Source: Leucoraja ocellata (lineage: Eukaryota). From it: a stretch of DNA of 64,000 nucleotides. Shown one piece after another: positions 1 to 11,100 of the stretch (position 1 is its first letter; every line of letters begins with the position of its first letter). The translations under genes and the position numbers were made by a program. Under the pieces are notes generated by a model. It was not told the DNA's origin, searched no databases, and saw only the letters and a list, made by a program, of their open reading frames with translations. The DNA is taken from assembly GCA_036785375.1 (NCBI GenBank), contig JAWMAR010000003.1, forward strand, positions 17,360,001-17,424,000, given 5' to 3'.

Positions 1-135
1 GAGCACCTGAGGGAAATCCTTATGATCACAGGCAATATGTGCAAACTCCACACAGACACATTGAGATTGAGATTGAGATTGAGATTGAAGCTGGTCACTG
101 AAACTATGAGGCTGGCTGTGCTACCTGCTGTGCTA
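1..135 (-). mobile_element. Degraded tRNA-derived V-SINE (HE1-like) fragment
   Basis: GCAAACTCCACACAGAC and GAGCACCTGAGGGAAA match the reverse complement of the SINE body seen at 36675-36945. Confidence 0.55.
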
Positions 136-147
136 AACAAATCCCTA

Positions 148-392
148 TGGGCCTGTCCCGCTTTCAGGACTTAATTCTTTCATCCCGACCATTTTTTTAC
201 TTGTGGACATTTTTTATCCGGCTGGAAAAAAGTCCTGACTTACCTGATGCCACGAGTACCTACGGCTAGCATAATGAGCCGCTACGATATATCTACGAAC
301 TTCTACGACCTCCTACGGACTTGTGACGAACATTCTGCGAGCTTGAATCAGGGGTAAAATCGGGAGAATTCGTGAATTACCTTGTGAAAGCT
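148..392. mobile_element. Non-autonomous Harbinger-like MITE fragment
   Basis: Starts GGGCCTGTCCCGCTTTCA, similar to the TIR at 45570; (CTACGA)-type internal repeats shared with 45600-45780 and 47440-47600. Confidence 0.55.
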
Positions 393-719
393 TAAATCCC
401 ACAATTCATGTGAAGAAGGCAAACACAAATGCTTTCTCTATCAATGCAAACCAATGTGCAGGCCATAATCAAGATTTTCTTGCAACAAAACAACTAATTT
501 TTCCAAGAACGAGTTTAAACACAAAGACATTTGGAGTGCATTATTGTTGAGGAATAATCATCCTGGATAACTACCTTCCATACCTGGAATTTTCAATGCT
601 GACTTTATCAGGCAGGTAGAGAGGTAGGTTCACTGGACACTTGCACACATATCTGAATTAAACTCCATTAGCCATTCCTCGACTCACTTACCGAGGTGAT
701 CAAATTCTTGCTGCAATTC

Positions 720-1135
720 ATGATAACCGTCTTCACTGTCTACAATAGTATGATCTATAAAACAAATCATTGATATCAATGATAATGGGCTTAGCACCAT
801 GAGACACACCACTAGTCACAGGCCTCCAGTCTGAAAAACAACCTTTCACCACCAGCCTCTGCTTCCTACCATAAAGTCAATCCTGTATCCAGTTAGCAAC
901 TGGATCCCATGTGATTTAACCTCCCAATGCAGTCTACCATGCGGGACATTATCAAAGGCCCTTCAGAAGTCCATATAAAATATATATATTGCGATGCTCT
1001 TATCTACCTTCTTGGTTATTTTTTCAAACATATTTGTGGGACCTGATCTCCCAAGTACAAAACCATGCTGACTAGCCCTAATTTCCTATCGCTATCCCTT
1101 ATAGACCCCTGTCTATCCAAATGCGGTATATCTAA
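720..1135 (-). mobile_element. Old CR1 LINE RT fragment
   Basis: CCACTAGTCACAGGCCTCCAGTCTGAAAAACAACC and CATGCGGGACATTATCAAAGGCC parallel the CR1 WRPVTSG and KAFDKVPH regions. Confidence 0.6.
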
Positions 1136-2689
1136 ATCTTCATTACAAATTTGTAACTGCGATATCTATCATGTTCTGTTAGATGTGTCTTTACCTCCTC
1201 CTGCAAGCCATACAATGCTATACCAATGACACAGTTGTTCAGCTTCTCACACCTTCAGCACAAGCATTAAAATAAATATTCTGAATGTCATGGGTCTTTC
1301 AGTCCACTCTTTGGTATATTCCATTAGTTACAGCTTCCTACCTTAACTATTACCACAGATCACCACTCATTTTATAATATCAGGCTAATATCCCTATACT
1401 AATTGCCTTCAAATTAACTCCACTAAAAACCGGTACATTAATTTTATTATTCTTTCTTTTGACTTCTGCTGGAAGACCAGATCTAATTACACCATGAAGA
1501 GAAGCAAGTAGTCTGTCTACAGCTTTCCGGCAGTCTTATTTTAAATGCAACACTGACATTTTCTGCTGTACATTATTTTTATTAAGTGCATAAATGTACA
1601 ACTTGCAAATGTGCATTTTCTGCCATTTTCTCAGATAATACTATACAGTGAATTTGTTTTATGAATGGGCCTTCTATCTTTAATAGACCACCAAAATCGG
1701 TCCATCTAAATTGCAAATAACATTTTCTTCCAAATATCCTGTTTCATCAAAACTCTTAAGTCACCGTCCAAGCACTTTAGTGCAGCAATATAATTTAATG
1801 AATGCAATCAAATACATTAGCTTTTTTATGCCTCAGATGTCTCATCATGTCTACTTTGCCCGTGGCAATTTCTTTCTAATAATTTTCTAACAAATGTTAC
1901 TCCTCTTGCCTTCATTTTTTAGGTGAAATAACCGCATCTGGGTCAGAGATGGAGACTGCATTTTATTACACAGACTGAGCTTTAGATAAATAAATTATAT
2001 ACCAGTTAAATACCTTAAAACACACGGTACGTAATAGAACAGAGTAAAAGGATAAACATCTGCTCTCATTAAAGCTGTTTTGTCTGCACACTGCGGTGTC
2101 ATCTGCACTGCAGAACAAAAACATTCTTGATGCAATGTGTTAGCCTTCAAATGAAGAACCAGACGTCCACAGTAACGAACAATACTGGGTCTGTAGAACC
2201 ACAATCTCAAACTTCCAGGAACTGTTAATCTTTATGGCTGGGCACACTAGGGTTTACATAACATAGAGCAGGAATTTCTGCATTCAATCAGCCAGTTTCC
2301 CAGTCTCGTGGTAGCTAATGTGTAAGATGGAAAAGGAGGTCACACACAACACAAAATAAAAGAATTACCAGTTGCACTTAAGGGAGGCAATCCAACTTCT
2401 CTCAGAAACCACCATTACATGTTTTAGTTCCTGTTCGAGCCACACACATCTCATAGATAGTAAAACCTATTTGCTTTGAAATTAATTCCTGAACATATTA
2501 AACATTAGCTTCAGCATGTTATTCTCTGCCTGTGAAATACAGGCTTTTGAACGTATGTTAGCAAGTGCTGCTGCTACTGTAAAATATGTTTGTCCATATG
2601 GGGTGAATTTTTGGAAATTTGTAACTTCATCAGCTACAGAAATAGTCATCCCTAAGTACTAGAAAGCGAGAGAACATAGCACTACTATG

Positions 2690-2770
2690 ACTGGGTGATC
2701 AATGGCCAGCATGGACTCAGTGGGCCGAAGGACCTATTTCCATGCTATATCTCTAAACTAAACTAAACTA
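2690..2770 (+). mobile_element. SINE/CR1-type 3' tail with (CTAAA)n
   Basis: GCATGGACTCAGTGGGCCGAAGG...TATCTCTAAACTAAACTAAACT; similar tails at 11985-12075 and 28190-28290. Confidence 0.6.
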
Positions 2771-3409
2771 CTACATTAGTCTTTATTAATAAACTGGAAG
2801 GAGTGCATTTGTTGCATCACTCAAGTTAAAATAAGTAACAGGGTAAAGCAAGGCAGAGTACAACATTTTAAGTCAAATAAATGATTGCAATATAAGAAAG
2901 ATGATAAAATATGTCAATAATAATGGTGATGTTTAATTTGAACTGCATGTTATAATGGAGAAACAAAAATAAACTCTAAGTGTTTAGTCATAGCCTGTAT
3001 AAAAATAAATCTTTGATCTGTGTTAATATTAAACTGAGATGTGAAAATGTGGGTTTTACAAAAATGCAAACAAATCTAAAAAGCTTATATATCTCCTAAA
3101 AATGCACGATGCTTTAACAGGAGTGTTCAATTCATGTTGGGAGGATCATGACAAAAGATAATGCAGAAGATCTTTTAGATAATTTCACATTATAATGTAT
3201 TCCAGTCAAATAATTAATGAGACCTTGGCTCGGAGGCACATTGGGAATGAATTTCAGTTTGCCTGTCAGAGAGATTTTGCAATCAGCAAGCTGAATATCA
3301 TGTTACTTCCAGGATTGGCATTGATTGCATAATGGGTGTGATGAGAATAAAATTTATCACAGCCACAGTACTTGAATTCGAAAGATAAAATCTGTGGAAT
3401 TTTGAACGG

Positions 3410-3920
3410 CAGTTTTCCGTGTCGTGTCTCCACCTGCACTGCGGCCTAACATTGTGGACTTGGCAGCCTCTTGATTGGGACTTCTAGAGCTCCAAAACCG
3501 CGGAGCCTGCGGACTTTAACATCTTGGAGCGGACAATCCCTTTGCCAGGAGTCGGCCTTTGATGCTCCAGCCTATGGGAGCTGTGGACTTTAACATCGTG
3601 AAGCTCGCAGTCCCCAGTTAGAGACCAATTTTGGGAACTCCAAGCCGCAGGAGTTTCGACCGTCCCGATGCGAGAGCTTAGACTGCACCAACGTCCATCG
3701 CCGGTTGCGGATGGTTCGACTCTCCCGACCGCGGGAGTAAAGGAGGAAAGAAGATAAGAATTTGTTGCCTTCCATCATGTGGAGGAGCCACTGTGGTGGA
3801 TGTTTATGTCCATTTTTTATGTAGTTGTGTGTCTTGTTGCTTTGTTCGTATGATTGTATGGCAAACCAACTTCCTCGTATGTTAATAAATTACGATTATG
3901 ATTATGAATATGATTATGAG
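3410..3920 (+). mobile_element. GC-rich non-coding retroelement with microsatellite tail
   Basis: Shares the GCCTTCCATCA...GTGGATGTTTATGT 3' block with 46221-47099 and 52825-53437; ends AATAAA then (GATTAT)n. Confidence 0.55.
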
Positions 3921-4231
3921 ATAAAGAGCATTTACAATGGATTCAGAACAGTCTAAGATTGAATTTTACAATACGTTTGCATTGTTTAATACAGGTTCCG
4001 CTCCGAATGCAATACTGGGAGATACGACCCTCCGGCAATGCCACAAAATATGAGGCCAGCACAATGATATAGTCTCACTCTTCCAGAAATAGTACCTTGG
4101 GTATCTTAATGATATAAACAGATCAAGAAAGATAAGGAAAGTTACACATTGACCAGCATCTGGCTATGCACATTACACTAACTTCTCAGTCTGTCTCCCC
4201 ATGCCTAGCCCATCACATGATATCACTGATC

Positions 4232-5007
4232 ACCCACCATAGATGACGCTAGCACCAGAGTCTCTTCCATACCCCGTAACACTGCTCTCTTTCCCCATCC
4301 CCCCACTCGCAACAAGGACAGAGTCCCCCTAGTCCTCACCTTTCACCCCACTAGCCGTCACATACAACATGTAGTCCTCCGTAAGTTCCACCACCTCCAA
4401 CGTGACCCCACCACTCGCCACATCTTCCCATCTCCCCTTCTGTCTGCCTTCAACAAAGACCGCTCCCTCCGTAACTCCCTGGTCAATTCTTCCCTTCCCT
4501 CCCATACCACCCCTTCCCTGGGCACTTTCCCTTGCAACCGCAAGAGATGCTACACTTGTCGATTTACCTCCCCCCTCGACTCCATTCAAGGACCCAAGCA
4601 GTCGTTCCAGGTGCAACAGAGGTTCACCTACATCTCCTCCAACCTCATCTATTGCATCTGCTGCTCTAGATGTCTAGATGTCCTGGGCCTCCTCCATGGC
4701 CAGAGCGAGCAGCACCGGAAATTGGAGGAACAGCACCTCATATTCCGCTTGGGGAGTCTGCATCCTGGTGGCATGAACATTGAATTTTCCCAATTTTGTT
4801 AGCCTTTGCTGTCTCCTCCCCTTCCTATCGCTCCCTCAGCCCTCGGGCTCCTCCTCCTCCTTTTTCCTTCCTTCTCCCCCCCCCCCCCATCAGTCTGAAG
4901 AAGGGTTTCGGCCTGAAACGTTGCCTATTTCCTTCGCTCCTAGATGCTGCTGCACCCGCTGAGTTTCTCCAGCATTTTTGTGTACCTTCGATTTTCCAGC
5001 ATCTGCA
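4232..5007 (+). mobile_element. Penelope-like element, truncated, internal deletion in GIY-YIG domain
   Basis: Near-identical to 22990-23877; QQRFTYISSNLIYCICCSRC is joined to VLGLLHGQSE, so the YIGET motif is deleted; pLTR 3' end runs into the gap. Confidence 0.85.
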
Positions 5008-5186
5008 NNNNNNNNNNNNNNNNNNNNNNNNNNNNNNNNNNNNNNNNNNNNNNNNNNNNNNNNNNNNNNNNNNNNNNNNNNNNNNNNNNNNNNNNNNNNN
5101 NNNNNNNNNNNNNNNNNNNNNNNNNNNNNNNNNNNNNNNNNNNNNNNNNNNNNNNNNNNNNNNNNNNNNNNNNNNNNNNNNNNNNN
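5008..5186. other. Assembly gap (N run)
   Basis: 179 consecutive N. Confidence 0.99.
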
Positions 5187-5909
5187 TTGTTATCTTCCGG
5201 TTTGCATGGTCATTTTATTTGCGCAAAAACGGTAAGCGAGAGCGCTATGATTTTTCGACAGTTTACTCACTGATCTCCTCTGGTGCGATTGCTGTTTCAT
5301 TCCGATCAGTTGTCTAATGTAAAAGTCAGCAAGGTTTAAAAATCGTGTGTGCGCAGATTGATCTACTCTCCTGCCAGTCGGAGCCACATGAATTGGTCTT
5401 TTCGCCTGTCACCCGACCCCTTCCTGTGCCATTGCGTCTTTACTGGAGCTGAGGGAGGGTCTGGATGGCCGGCGGAGGTCTCCAACCAAACACAACTCTG
5501 CTTTATTAGGTCTGACTGTGTTTAGTCCAAAAGTCCCGCTCATTTTATGACTTCTGCTTAGTGGACAGGTCGCGCCGATTGCGTAATTTCCAGCAAGTGC
5601 AGAGGTCACGCTGATTGAGGAAGTGCCGCTAACTGTGGAAGCCCCACAGTGGAGAGGCCACGCTCATCCATGTGAGGAGATTCAAGAAGGTTCACTATCA
5701 TATATATGGTGTGAGAGTCAGTGTGTGTGAGTGTATGTGTGTGTGTGTGTAAGTGTGTGTGACTGTGTGAGTGTGTGAGTTATGTGTGAGTGAGTAAGTG
5801 TGTGTGTGTATGTGTGTGTGTGAGTGTATGTGTGTATATTAGAATTGGTGGGAGGTGGAATATTGCATTGGGGGACCAGCCCTCCCGTGTGAAGTACCAC
5901 TTAGTCTAG
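5187..5909 (+). mobile_element. Non-autonomous Helitron 3' part, terminal hairpin deleted
   Basis: Ends GGAATATTGCATTGGGGGACCAGCCCTCCC...CCACTTAGTCTAG|T like 39480-39546; includes a (TG)n-rich tract at 5710-5835. Confidence 0.7.
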
Positions 5910-6039
5910 TTAAAACTAAAAACATTCCTTCCTGCCAGCTGGGACTACCCAACCCCTCGTAAATGTTCTTTCTGTCCTCATCAAGCGTTTTTTTATAATA
6001 ACATGGAACTAAAATTAAGAATTAAGTCCTGATAATCTT

Positions 6040-6455
6040 ATAGATTTCAACGTGTTCCTCCTGCCTGATAATGTCAGTGAGAAGACGGCATGGCTTGTAT
6101 GGTGGGAATGCTTGAAGATAGATGTTGTCTTCTTTAGGTAGCACCTCAAGTAGCTGCTTTCGATGGAAGGAAGAGCCGTGCCTGTGTTGGACTAGGTTGA
6201 GTCCTACAATTTCTGAAGCCTCTTGCATTCCTGTGCATTATAATTGCCACAATAGGCCATCATGCAAACTGTCAGGATAGTTTATACATGGAAGTTTGTT
6301 GGAAGATTTATAGATATACCATAGTTCTTTCAACTTCAAAGAAGATAGAGGCACTGATGTGCCATATTCTTGGTTACCACTATGTGCTGGGCCCAGGGCA
6401 GTTCAGCTGAGATGTTAAGACCCAGGAATTTGAAACTGCTAACTCACTCCATAAC
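6040..6455 (-). mobile_element. Degraded Rex1/Babar LINE 3' fragment
   Basis: Parallels 16900-17390 (CCCAGGAATTTGAAACTG = SFKFLG; ACAATTTCTGAAGCCTCTTGC = KRLQKLV). Confidence 0.55.
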
Positions 6456-6459
6456 CCAA

Positions 6460-7712
6460 ACGGCTTCGAGAACAAACTGAAGACCGGGGTAATGTTCCTT
6501 GATCTCACCGCAGCCTATGACATTGTGTGGCACAAAGGCCTCCTCCTAAAACTCACCAAAGCACTCCCTGCCTGGGCATCAGAAACCATCAAATCTCTGC
6601 TCTCCAATCGCAGGTTCAGAGTTCACCTTGGTCAGAACAAGAGTGCATGGAGAACGCAGAAGAATGGGCTCCCGCAAGGGTCAGTCTTAGCCCCAACCCT
6701 GTTCAATCTTTACACAAATGACCTACCCACCACCAAATCCCACAAATTCATCTATGCAGATGACATCTGTTTGGCCTTCCAAGCACTAGATTTTGGTACA
6801 TTGGAACAGGTGCTCAATGAAGACCTTGCTAAACTGGACAAGTACTGCAAAACCTGGCGCCTAAAACCAAGCCCAGAAAAAACGGTCTCCAGTGCGTTCC
6901 ACCTCCATAATGCAGAAGCCACAAGAGAACCAAACATCTATCTGAGCAGGACCAAACTGAAGCATGCCCCCACTCCAACCTACCTCGGAGTGACCCTTGA
7001 CAGGACCCTATCCTTCAAGGAACATCTCAAAAGAACAGCAGCTAAGGTGAAGTCCAGAAACAATCTCCTCAGTAAGCTTGCTGGCTCAAAGTGGGGGGGC
7101 AGCAGCCCCCACACTGCGCATTTCAGCACTAGCCCTTGCATTTTCTTCAGTCGAATATTGTGCCCCTGTTTGGTCCAGGTCATCCCACACACACCATGTG
7201 GACACCCAATTGAACTCAACAATGAGGAGCATCACAGGAACAATCCACTCAACACCACTCCCCTGGCTCCCTGTCCTATCCAACATAGCCCCTCCACACA
7301 TCCGGCGAGTAGTCCTCACTCAAAGGATGCTGCAAAAGACCAAAAACTCCCCTCACTTGCCAATTCACATGGACATCTTCAACCCACCCACTGCTCGACT
7401 TCCATCTAGACGACCAATTTGGAAGAACCCACCACCAGCTGATTTCACCATCAGATCAGCTTGGAAAAAGGAATGGGAGTCCAAGGACGTCCCAAATAAA
7501 CATCTGGTGTCAGACCCCACCCTACCGGTCCCTGGCACCAATCTCCCAAGGAAGCAGTGGACGACGCTGAATAGATTCAGGACTGGACATGGCCCCTGCT
7601 TGGCCAGCCTTCACAAATGGGGCAGCAGTCCAACCCCACAGTGTGCTTGTAGAGAGCAGCAAACAATGCAACACATCATTGAAGCTTGCCCTCAACAAAG
7701 ACTCAAAGGAGG
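6460..7712 (+). mobile_element. Vingi-like (I-group/Ingi) non-LTR retrotransposon, 5' and 3' truncated
   Basis: FLDLTAAYD, LPQGSVLAP, YADD; TLRISALALAFSSVEYCAPVWSRS; C-terminal LNRFRTGHG...CACR..QTMQHIIEACP CCHC knuckle. Confidence 0.8.
6492..7712 (+). pseudogene. Reverse transcriptase ORF of Vingi-like LINE (one frameshift in G-run near 7095)
   Basis: ORFs 6492-7409 and 7078-7740 join into a continuous RT + zinc-knuckle protein. Confidence 0.8.
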
Positions 7713-8314
7713 ATTTGTTCTTGAAATAACGATGCTCTAAGGGTAAATTATTTACATATTCTGGTGGAGATTTATCCCATGAAGTCAAAAATCACCTTAT
7801 CTGAAAAATACATGTATTATTTCTTGAGTTATTAATCAAAAAGTTCAAAATGAAGAGACTTGGAAAAAAAACAGCTTTTTCCCTGTGCTCACAGCTGTGA
7901 CGTCACAATGGGATTGTAGCCCTGCTCGCAACATTGTTGCTATCCAAGTACACTGAGTCCTGCTAGCCCTAGCAAGTGCAAATGCATTTTTTTAAAGTCA
8001 CAGTACACTGAGTTCTGCTAGCCCTAGCAAGTGCAAATGCTTTTAAAAAAAAAATCAAAGCACACTGAGTTCTGCTAGCTAGCAAGTGCAAATGCATTTT
8101 TTTTAAAGTTTAAAAATGAGGGCGGATGTATAAGGCCAAATGAGCAGCTGCGCAGTTTTCAGCTATGGGTGAGTGGTGGAACGGGTTGCATTGGGGAACC
8201 AGGCCTCCCGTGGGGGCTATGGGTGAGTGGTGATATATTGCATTGGGGAACGGGTTGCGTTGGGGGACCAGGCCTCCCATGTGTCAGGAACCCAATGGGT
8301 CCCACTTGGTCTAG
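7713..8314 (+). mobile_element. Non-autonomous Helitron 3' portion
   Basis: Ends GGAACCC-AAT-GGGTCCC hairpin + ACTTGGT + CTAG (8311-8314); 5' boundary uncertain. Confidence 0.7.
7947..8107 (+). repeat. About 55-bp tandem repeat, 3 copies
   Basis: ACACTGAGT(C/T)CTGCTAGCCCTAGCAAGTGCAAATGC + T/A run repeated three times. Confidence 0.9.
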
Positions 8315-8682
8315 TCTATATTACTAAAAGTAAGATCTTGATCGCTTTTGACTTACTGCGATGTGATTTCTGAGAAAACGCCGCCACTTACGGTTGTCAT
8401 TTTTGGTCACCTCGCTCAGAGTCCCCCTCCGCCGGACTGGACTGGAGGATTTTTCCCATCGATGTAAAATCAGAGATATATTAATGTTTCAAAAATGTTT
8501 GCCATTCCCCCTGCTGGTGGGAGGGGGGAGGGGCTAGAAAACCCGGAAGTGGTGTGCCTCACTCAGTCTCTGCAAGATGGAGGAAGTGAGAGGATCACGT
8601 CTCTCTGAGCTCTGAATTACACTGAACACATGTCGACGCCACTGTGAGTGCCTTAATGTGGTTTAAAAATAAAAATATGGTT

Positions 8683-9100
8683 GCTTTGAAATGCTGCACT
8701 GCAAAAAAAATGGCTGTTGTTGGTGGTGGTAACTGCTTTGAAAAGCAGCACTGCAAAAAAAATGGCTGTTGTTGGTGGTGGTAACTGCTTTGAAAGGCTG
8801 CACTGCAAAAAAAATGGCTATTGTTGGTGGGGATAACTGCTTTTGAAGGCTGCACTACCAAAAAAAATGGCTGTTGTTGGTGGTGGTAACTGCTTTGAAA
8901 GGCTGCACTACAAAATAAATGGCTGCTGTTGGTGGAGGTAACTGCTTTGAAAGGCTGCACTGCAAAAAAAACCCGGCTGTTGTTAGTGGTGGTAACTGCT
9001 TTGAAAGGTTGCACTGCAAACAAAAATGGCTGTTGTTGGTGGTGGTGGTAACTGCTTTTAAATGGCTGCACTGGGAAAAAAATGGCTGTTGTTGGTGGAA
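8683..9100 (+). repeat. About 52-bp minisatellite, ~8 copies
   Basis: Unit GGCTGCACTGC(A)nTGGCTGTTGTTGGTGGTGGTAACTGCTTTGAAA. Confidence 0.92.
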
Positions 9101-9494
9101 ACCTGACAACTTCCTGTTTGCACTGAATATTGATTTTAGATAAAACGCTACCACTTACAGCTGTGATTTTTGGGCATCTTACTCAGTTCCTCGCTACTCA
9201 TCAGGTGCAGAGGATTTTTCCCATCAATGAAAATTAAAAGTGTTATTAGTGTTTAAAAAAATGTTGAGAATCTCTCACCTGTCAATCACGCCATGAAGGC
9301 CATGCCCCTGCCAGTTGGAGGGGGAGGGATTATAAAACCCATAAGTGTGGGTGTGGCTCAGTCTCTGCAATATGGGGGAGAGAGAGGCCACGACTGTCTG
9401 AGCTGTGAGTCAACTGAACACACTGAATGTCCACTGAACTGTTTGGTGTTTATGTGGTGTTTTGTGTGGTTTTATAGTGGTTTTATAGTGATTT

Positions 9495-9983
9495 CACCCT
9501 GCTTGAAATGGTATGAAACTGCATTTGAATGTGGTGGCCTTACACCCTGCTTGAAATGGTATGAAACTGCACCAATTTGGTGGCCTTACACCCTGCTTTA
9601 AGTGGCATGAAACTGCAAATTAATTTAGTGGCCTTGCACCCTGCTTGAAATGGCATGAAACTGCACTAGAATTTGGTGGCCTTGCACCCTGCTTTAAGTG
9701 GCATGAAACTGCACATGAATTTAGTGGCCTTGCACCCTGTTTGAAATGGCATGAAACTGCACTTGAATTTGGTGGCCTTGCACCCTGCTTGAAATGGCAT
9801 GAAACTGCACTTGAATTTGGTGGCCTTGCAGCCTGCTTGAAGTGGTCGGAAACTGCACTTGAATTTGGTGGCCTTGCACCCTGCTTTAAGTGTTATTGAA
9901 CTGTAATTGAATTTGGTGGCCTTGCACCCTGCTTGAAATGGTAGGAAACTGCATTTGAATTTGGCTGCCTTGCACCCTGCTTG
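9495..9983 (+). repeat. 48-bp minisatellite, ~10 copies
   Basis: Unit CACCCTGCTTGAAATGGCATGAAACTGCACTTGAATTTGGTGGCCTTG. Confidence 0.95.
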
Positions 9984-10052
9984 TCATATTCCAATTTCAA
10001 GGAATAGCCGTGAGTCAACTGTTAGCCCACCAGCCGTTGGTGAGCTGCCAGC

Positions 10053-10440
10053 ACATACCGTAGCATCAAAGCCCGGACTACCAGACTGCTAAACAGCTTC
10101 CTGTCACAGGCTGGGAGGCTGCTAAACAGTCACTCCATCTGATTCTGCTGCTTTGCACTGACAATTTAAGAACTCTGGCACTGGCCACTCAAATCTGCTG
10201 CCCTGGACATTTTATAACTGTTTTTATTGTATTTTAATGTTTGTGTTTTACCTGCTTTTTAACTATTTGTACTGTTTCATCAGGGACTGGATTTTTTTAA
10301 ATTGTTTTATTATGTGTGAAATGTTTAAATTTTATGTGCGATGCTCTGGTATTCCCTGGGAAACGTCTACTCATTTTGCACTGTACAATTGTTACTTTGC
10401 AAGATGACAATAAAGGTTGATTAATTGATTGATAGATTGA
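10053..10440 (+). mobile_element. Rex1/Babar 3' end inserted in Helitron
   Basis: YRSIKARTTRLLNSF(L) C-terminus; ends GATGACAATAAA + (GATT)n; absent from the paralogous Helitron at 39290. Confidence 0.75.
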
Positions 10441-10586
10441 GTGACTGAGCTGCCACCCCAAGAATTCATTTGGCCCACAATGTCCATACTAACCAGTCCA
10501 TTCAGCCCATAGCACCCATACTAGCGCTCCAGAAAGCACCCCCACCCCCACTGGCCACCAATATTGGAATTGTGGAGAGGTGGAGG

Positions 10587-11100
10587 TCATGAGTATAGAG
10601 TGAGTATAGTAGGGGGCTGAGCACGCAGCCTTGAGGTGCTCCTGTGCTGATTATTATCTACGTTGACACATTTCCACCATTACCAACAGATTGTGGTCTG
10701 TGAATGAGGAAGTCGAGGATCCAAATGCAGAGATATGCGCAGAGACCCAGTTCTGAGAGTTTGGTAACAAGCTTGGAGGGGATGATTGTGTTAAATGCCG
10801 AACTGTAGCCAATGAATAACAGCCTGACATGAGTTTTTGTTGTCCAAGTCTTCCAGAGTGGAGTGGAGAGCCAGCAAGATCGCATCCACCGTTGATCTGT
10901 TGTGGCGGTAAGCGAACTGCAGTGGGTCCATGTTTTTGTTGAGGTAGGAGTTGATTTGCACCATGATCAACTTCTCAAACCACTTCATCACCATCGACGT
11001 CAGTGCCACTGTTCGATAGTCATTGAGGCACGTCACCTTGTTCTTCTTGGGCACCGGTATCATTGATGCCCTTTTATAGCTGGTGGGAACCTCAGACCTC
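10587..11100 (-). mobile_element. Rex1/Babar RT fragment
   Basis: [62 protein letters not shown]. Confidence 0.85.

Larger units (their letters stand above)
8315..10586 (+). mobile_element. Non-autonomous Helitron with two internal minisatellites, 3' end replaced by Rex1 fragment
   Basis: 5' TCTATATTACTAAAA; 9380-10586 is colinear with 38790-39480, which continues to hairpin + CTAG. Confidence 0.75.

Noticed and set aside
4796-5317. ORFs spanning the N run
   Set aside because: Artefacts of the assembly gap
8595-9154. ORFs with HHHQQQPFF repeats
   Set aside because: Translation of the ~52-bp minisatellite; variable A-runs shift frames
9495-9983. CRISPR-like appearance of regular repeats
   Set aside because: Contiguous tandem units with no unique spacers and no cas genes; vertebrate context
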